Origin: Candidatus Thorarchaeota archaeon
GTDB taxonomy: Archaea > Asgardarchaeota > Thorarchaeia > Thorarchaeales > Thorarchaeaceae
NCBI GenBank assembly: GCA_048882045.1
Contig: JBHLRZ010000024.1
Span: forward strand, 1 to 51,893
Length of the DNA stretch: 51,893 bases
Reading direction: 5' to 3'
The position numbers and the translations under genes are program-made. This document shows positions 46,883 to 51,893 of the stretch, one piece after another. The stretch's first letter is position 1, and each line of letters opens with the position of its first letter. The notes beneath the pieces are model-generated. The model was not told where the DNA came from and made no database searches. It saw only the letters and a program-made list of their open reading frames with translations.

Positions 46883-47623
46883 ATGGGTCTAATATTGGAA
46901 GTCAAGAATCTAACTAAGAAATTTGGCGGATTGACTGCTGTCAATGATGCTAATTTCGAGATTCAGAGAGGCGAAATGGTAGGTTTGATTGGTCCAAACG
47001 GTGCTGGCAAAACAACACTGTTCCACCTGATATCCGGATTCGAGAAACCCAATTCTGGTTCAATCTTCTTTGACGGAATCGACATTACAGGAATGAAACC
47101 TTTCAAAATTGTGAATCATGGGATGTCAAGAACTTTCCAGCTTGTAAGGTCATTTCGTTATCTGAGTCTCCTTGACAACATTGCAGTAGCGTGTCTGTCG
47201 CCCAGGGGAAAGGATGCTTTCGGAAAGGAAGGGATAGATGCTGCTGCAAGCTCTATACTGACCTCAGTTGGACTCATTGACAAAGCAAGACTACCCCCCG
47301 TTATACTTCCGCATGGAGACCTCAGGAAGCTTGAGATTGGGAAAGCTCTGGGCACAAATCCTGAAATGCTTCTTCTCGATGAGCCTTTTAGTGGATTGGC
47401 TTATGAAGAAAAAGAAGGGATACATAGGCTAATCAGACGATTGAGTAGCGAAGGAGTTACGATATTCATAACGGGACATGTTCTACGTGAACTGATGACC
47501 TTGGTTCCAAGAGTAATTGCTATGCATCAGGGCAGACTCATTGCTGAAGGTTCTCCACAGGAGGTTGCTAACAACAAAATCGTGCTTGAAGCATATCTCG
47601 GTCGAGGTGAAGGATTTGCTTGA
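46883..47623 (+). CDS. livG: Liv-type ABC ATPase (LivG-like)
   Basis: FGGLTAV, GPNGAGKTT, RTFQ, LDEP, EAYLG. Confidence 0.92.
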   Translation: MGLILEVKNLTKKFGGLTAVNDANFEIQRGEMVGLIGPNGAGKTTLFHLISGFEKPNSGSIFFDGIDITGMKPFKIVNHGMSRTFQLVRSFRYLSLLDNIAVACLSPRGKDAFGKEGIDAAASSILTSVGLIDKARLPPVILPHGDLRKLEIGKALGTNPEMLLLDEPFSGLAYEEKEGIHRLIRRLSSEGVTIFITGHVLRELMTLVPRVIAMHQGRLIAEGSPQEVANNKIVLEAYLGRGEGFA

Positions 47624-48320
47624 ATTAAGAAAAGTCTATCATTACTATGAAAAAGCAAAGGCTTTGGAAGAGGTAAACCTGACAGTTGAAGCAGGGTCTC
47701 TTGATGCGGTTATAGGACCTAATGGTGCAGGAAAATCCACGCTCCTTCGATGTATCTCTGCATTGGAAGAAATCGACAGAGGAAGAATCACCTTCTTGGG
47801 AGAGAGAATTGATGATCTCGAACCTCATGAAATAGCAAGAAGGGGCATCGCACACTGCCCAGAACGTCGACGACTGTTCTATGATATGACTGTCATGGAG
47901 AACATAGAGCTTGGTGCGTATTCACTGGAAGACAAGTCGAAATATCCAGACCTCTTAGATTTTGTATTCGCTATTTTTCCCCGATTAGATGAACGGAGAA
48001 AACAAAGAGCAGGAACTCTTAGTGGTGGAGAACAGCAAATGCTAGCGATAGCTCGCTCCCTAATGTCCAAACCAAAACTGCTGTTACTCGATGAACCGTC
48101 GCTTGGACTCGCTCCTAAGGTCAAGTTCAAAATCTTTGAAGCCATTGAACAGATCAAACACGAAGGCACAACGACTCTCCTAGTTGAACAGGATGCAGTT
48201 TTAGCTATGGAAGTTGCCGATACCATATATGTTCTTGAAGAGGGAAAGATTGAGATGAGTGGAACAAAAGAGGAGCTCGAGAGAGAACCTCGAATAAAGA
48301 AAGTATACTTAGGAATATAG
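47616..48320 (+). CDS. livF: Liv-type ABC ATPase (LivF-like)
   Basis: GPNGAGKST, PE.RRLF, LSGGEQQML, LDEPSLGLAP, VEQ; GAGGTGA SD before TTG 47616. Confidence 0.92.
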   Translation: MLELRKVYHYYEKAKALEEVNLTVEAGSLDAVIGPNGAGKSTLLRCISALEEIDRGRITFLGERIDDLEPHEIARRGIAHCPERRRLFYDMTVMENIELGAYSLEDKSKYPDLLDFVFAIFPRLDERRKQRAGTLSGGEQQMLAIARSLMSKPKLLLLDEPSLGLAPKVKFKIFEAIEQIKHEGTTTLLVEQDAVLAMEVADTIYVLEEGKIEMSGTKEELEREPRIKKVYLGI

Positions 48321-48331
48321 GAGGAATCAAA

Positions 48332-49669
48332 ATCTCAGCTACTCTTGAACAACTTTTACGCGATGCGAAGGTAGAACTTGCTGTCGCCCGAGGTGAGAAG
48401 GATCCAGCGATTATTAAGGAGTTGATTGGCCATCTGAACAATGAAATCCGGACAATACGGTTCAATGCAGCTATGGTTTTGGGTGAGTTGGGTGAAAGGG
48501 CTGCTGAAGGCGTGTCTAGTCTGATTACTTGTCTGGAAGACGAAGACTGGAGTATATGCAGAGAGGCTACCAAGTCGCTTGGGAAAATCGGAGATTCAGC
48601 AGTTGATGCAATTCCACAGTTGGCTAAGTTGTTAACTGATGATGAATGTTCTATTAGGAAAGAAGCCGCAATTGCCCTTGGTAAAATTGGCGTGGCATCT
48701 GATGTTGCTGTGTCCAGTCTTATTGCTGCTCTTGAAGATGAGGACGAGGACGTTCGAACGGAGGTTGTCAATACACTCGGTATGATGGGTAAAGGCGCTA
48801 ATGCTGCAATTCCAAATCTGATTGAATGTTTCAAAGATCCTAGTTGGTTGGTAAGAACTGCTGCAGCTCAAGCAATTGATGGAATTGGCAAGGATTCTAC
48901 TGATGCAATTCCAGCTCTTGTATATGCTCTTGAGGATAGGGACTGGAGAGTCCGTCAACGATCCATAAACACACTTGTCACACTTGGAGAGCCCTCGATA
49001 GCTCCCCTTCTAGAAGTTCTGAATCATCAAAATCCGATTGTACGACAGGGTGTAGTTGATGCCCTCGGAGAGATGAAGGTCAAAGACCCTGAAATAATCA
49101 GATCAGTGGCACTCTTATTGATGGACAGAGATGAGAAAGTACGTGGAAAAACTGCAGATGCTTTGAGAAGTATAGGAAAGGAGGCTATCCCAGCAATGAT
49201 TGATTCCTATGCTTCAGCAAACACAAAGATGAAGGTTTTACTTCTCTCAGCGTTGGGTGGTATTGGTCAAGATGCAGAACCAGCCCTTCCGCACATTTTT
49301 GAAAATCTCAAGATGGGGCCAACGGAGGTAAGAATAGAATCTGCACGATCACTAGGGAAGATTGGTTTGACAGACGAGTCTGTAATCCGTTCACTCATAG
49401 AAGCGTTAGAGGATGCAAAAGGTCCGGTTCGTCGAGAGGCTGCTCTGAGTCTCGGAAAACTGGGCCCCGGTGCATCAAGTGCAGTTCCTTCTCTACTGAG
49501 TGCTTTATTTGATAAGAAGCCAGACGTGAGATGGAGAGCATCAGAAGCTCTTGGGAATATCGGCGTAGCAAGCGTCGAAGTGATTGAGAATTTAGAGATA
49601 TTAGCACACGATGAGAAAGACTTCGTCGCAGAAGCAGCTCAAGAGGCACTCGATTTAATAGGTGGTTAA
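48332..49669 (+). CDS. HEAT-repeat (PBS-lyase/HEAT_2) solenoid protein
   Basis: ~12 repeats of L.D.D..VR..AA.ALG.IG; frame open from an ATC at 48332 behind GGAGGA (track start 48422). Confidence 0.88.
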   Translation: MSATLEQLLRDAKVELAVARGEKDPAIIKELIGHLNNEIRTIRFNAAMVLGELGERAAEGVSSLITCLEDEDWSICREATKSLGKIGDSAVDAIPQLAKLLTDDECSIRKEAAIALGKIGVASDVAVSSLIAALEDEDEDVRTEVVNTLGMMGKGANAAIPNLIECFKDPSWLVRTAAAQAIDGIGKDSTDAIPALVYALEDRDWRVRQRSINTLVTLGEPSIAPLLEVLNHQNPIVRQGVVDALGEMKVKDPEIIRSVALLLMDRDEKVRGKTADALRSIGKEAIPAMIDSYASANTKMKVLLLSALGGIGQDAEPALPHIFENLKMGPTEVRIESARSLGKIGLTDESVIRSLIEALEDAKGPVRREAALSLGKLGPGASSAVPSLLSALFDKKPDVRWRASEALGNIGVASVEVIENLEILAHDEKDFVAEAAQEALDLIGG

Positions 49670-49691
49670 TAAACGCACAGAGAGAAGTACG

Positions 49692-51368
49692 ATGTCCGAA
49701 GATCCATATGCAGCCAAACCTTGGCTCAAGTTCTATGATGAAGGTGTACCCGAGAGTATAGATTATCCTGAGATCAATCTCTATGAGTTTCTGGATAATA
49801 CAGCAAAAGAGTTTGGGAAGCAGACAGCAATCTGGTTCCAGAAACGAAAGATCTCTTACAATGAGTTCAAAGATATTGCGGAAAGGCTCGCGACTGCTCT
49901 GAGGGATTTAGGTGTAAAGAAAGGTGACACTGTCGCTATTATGATACCCAATTTCCCACAGTTTCTGTTTAGCTTCTACGGAATTTTGAAGGCTGGTGGA
50001 GTTGTCACAGCTTGCAGTGTCTTATTGACAGAGCCAGAGCTCGCCTATCAGTTGAATGACTCGGGAGCTGAAACCATCATCGCTTGGGATGCCCAACTTG
50101 ACAAAATCAATAACATCAAGGACAGAACAAGACTTCGGAACATAATCATCACTAGTGTTATGGATTACATACCAAATGCTCCAAGAGATCCCCCTGAGAT
50201 TTCAGGTACAATGCAATTCCTCAATCTGATAAGTAAGACAAAACCAGATCCTCCACAATTTGAAATCAATCCCAAGGAGCAGATTGCAGTGCTCCAGTAT
50301 ACTGGTGGGACTTCTGGACTTCCGAAAGGTGCGATGCTTACCCACTATAACCTGGTATCAAATGCTATTGCTGTCTATAGTTTTGTGGCTTCTGAAATGA
50401 GCCGAGGAAAGCAAACGGGTCTAACCAATCTTCCGTTATTCCACATCTACGGAATGACAGTTTGCATGAATCTCTGGATATACAATGGTTCTCGAATTGC
50501 ACTGAATCCTGACGCACGAGATCAGAAATCATTGTTTGAGATAATTCGCGATACAAAACCAGCAATGTTTCCTGGTGTACCAACAATGTACATGCGACTC
50601 CTAGAGCGCGATGACCTTGAAGACTACGCAAAGGATTTGAAATCAATACGTTTCTGCAACACGGGTGCAGCGGCTATGCCTCCTGAAGTTTTACACGAGT
50701 TTGAAAAAAGAACTGGCTGCATCGTAGTCGAGGGTTACGGACTGACCGAGTGTTCGCCGGTCACTCATACCAATCCTCTCGGTGGAACAAGGAAAATTGG
50801 GTCTATCGGATTACCACTTCCTGACACTAAAGTCAGAATCGTAGACGTTGAGGACTATACAAAGATTTTACCTATTGGAGAAACAGGTGAAATTATCATC
50901 CAAGGTCCACAGAGGATGATGGGATATTGGAACAAGCCTGAAGCTTCTGCCGACCAGATCAAGGATGGGTGGCTATTGACAGGTGACATTGGTAGAATGG
51001 ATGAAGATGGCTACTTCTACATCATGGACCGAAAGAAGGACATGATCAATGTCAGCGGCTTTAAGGTCTATCCGCGAGAGGTTGAGGATGTACTATTCGA
51101 ACATGAGGCTGTAGAGAATGCTTCCGTTGTTGGACTTCCAGATCCAAAGATAATGGGTAGCGATATTGTCAAGGCGTATATTGTTCTCAAGGACGGATAC
51201 AAAGAAAGTGATGAACTCAAAGCTGAAATCAAGGAGTTTTGCCGAACAAATCTATCCCCATACAAAATACCAAGACAAGTAGACTTTAGAAAAGAGCTTC
51301 CTGAAACTCTCGTAGGAAAAGTGCTTCGAAGAGAACTGAAGGAACAAGAGATGGGTCCTGAAGAGTAG
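49692..51368 (+). CDS. fadD: Long-chain-fatty-acid--CoA ligase (ANL family)
   Basis: LQYTGGTSGLPKG, LPLFH.YG, EGYGLTE, TGD, DRKKD, VGK. Confidence 0.92.
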   Translation: MSEDPYAAKPWLKFYDEGVPESIDYPEINLYEFLDNTAKEFGKQTAIWFQKRKISYNEFKDIAERLATALRDLGVKKGDTVAIMIPNFPQFLFSFYGILKAGGVVTACSVLLTEPELAYQLNDSGAETIIAWDAQLDKINNIKDRTRLRNIIITSVMDYIPNAPRDPPEISGTMQFLNLISKTKPDPPQFEINPKEQIAVLQYTGGTSGLPKGAMLTHYNLVSNAIAVYSFVASEMSRGKQTGLTNLPLFHIYGMTVCMNLWIYNGSRIALNPDARDQKSLFEIIRDTKPAMFPGVPTMYMRLLERDDLEDYAKDLKSIRFCNTGAAAMPPEVLHEFEKRTGCIVVEGYGLTECSPVTHTNPLGGTRKIGSIGLPLPDTKVRIVDVEDYTKILPIGETGEIIIQGPQRMMGYWNKPEASADQIKDGWLLTGDIGRMDEDGYFYIMDRKKDMINVSGFKVYPREVEDVLFEHEAVENASVVGLPDPKIMGSDIVKAYIVLKDGYKESDELKAEIKEFCRTNLSPYKIPRQVDFRKELPETLVGKVLRRELKEQEMGPEE

Positions 51369-51668
51369 ATTACTAATCCTATATCGCATGTCAATAGACT
51401 TGTTTCTAGGACTGGATCATATCTCTTTGAATCTGTGTCAATTTGGGTTTAGTCATTGTGATTAAACAGTCAAATATTTTGAGCATAAGTTACATAATAC
51501 AACTCCGCGTCGTATTTTGCTTTGATTATATCGATTTTATTTCTGTGCACACGCTCATTAACTTGCATAATGTAAAACTAATTGAAATTATTATTAAAAA
51601 TTGAAACAATTTAAATAGAAGTTCAGAAATAGAGGGTTTTCAATTTCGCGTGTTTAGGGGTGAAATTA

Positions 51669-51893
51669 TTGGGTAAAGATTCAACTAGTAATATCTTGTA
51701 TATTCTTGGAATCATTGGAGCTATCATGGTGATCATAGACGTAGCCTATGGTCTCATGTTTATAGATACGATACTTGCTGAAGGTCCTTCTTTGATCGGA
51801 AGATTCCTTACGGGTGGAGGATATGTTCTTGTTGGAGTCGGATTCATTGGACTATACCGTGACCACCAAAGCTACATTCCACTTACAGTACCA
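51669..51893 (+). CDS. Membrane protein, 3'-truncated by window edge (not in ORF track)
   Basis: GGGGTGA SD, TTG start, 75 open codons (MGKDSTSNILYILGIIGAIMVII...) with two hydrophobic segments. Confidence 0.7.
   Translation, partial: MGKDSTSNILYILGIIGAIMVIIDVAYGLMFIDTILAEGPSLIGRFLTGGGYVLVGVGFIGLYRDHQSYIPLTVP

Noticed and set aside
48205-48834. 209-aa minus-strand ORF and other antisense ORFs (e.g. 4356-4877, 11692-12144, 24375-24845, 26309-26770, 42191-42733)
   Set aside because: Shadow frames of well-supported genes; composition mirrors the sense codons; no motifs
1-51893. tRNA/rRNA genes
   Set aside because: No cloverleaf or T-loop pattern or rRNA-like sequence seen in the short intergenic regions by eye; tRNAscan-SE/Infernal would be decisive

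Overview
Gene-dense archaeal chromosome segment, most consistent with an Asgard archaeon (Thorarchaeia-like). This is an inference from a profilin-like gene, an alpha-arrestin-like gene, a PCI-like wHTH protein, a geranylgeranyl reductase, TrmB, TATA promoters and GGAGG/GGTGA ribosome-binding sites. Content: a lipoate assembly cluster (LplB, LplA, LipS2-type radical SAM, with an M23-like protein, GGR and TrmB), agmatinase, several membrane-anchored surface proteins (6-blade and 12-blade Kelch, 7-blade FG-GAP, two orphan glycoproteins), a BMP-type ABC transporter, many peptidases/amidohydrolases, and an AbfD-like + Liv-type ABC + HEAT + acyl-CoA ligase block. No rRNA, tRNA, CRISPR array or intact mobile element was seen. 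Most striking unexplained structure: a ~54 bp promoter/operator cassette (TATA box plus two TTC-N10-GAA sites, the distal one the palindrome TTCGAGA-N2-TCTCGAA, with identical spacing) repeated upstream of three consecutive minus-strand genes. These encode a membrane-tethered winged-helix regulator (wHTH + Yip1-like 5-TM domain) and two cell-surface proteins, a candidate autoregulated membrane-sensing surface-protein regulon. All family assignments come from motif recognition by eye; no database searches were run.
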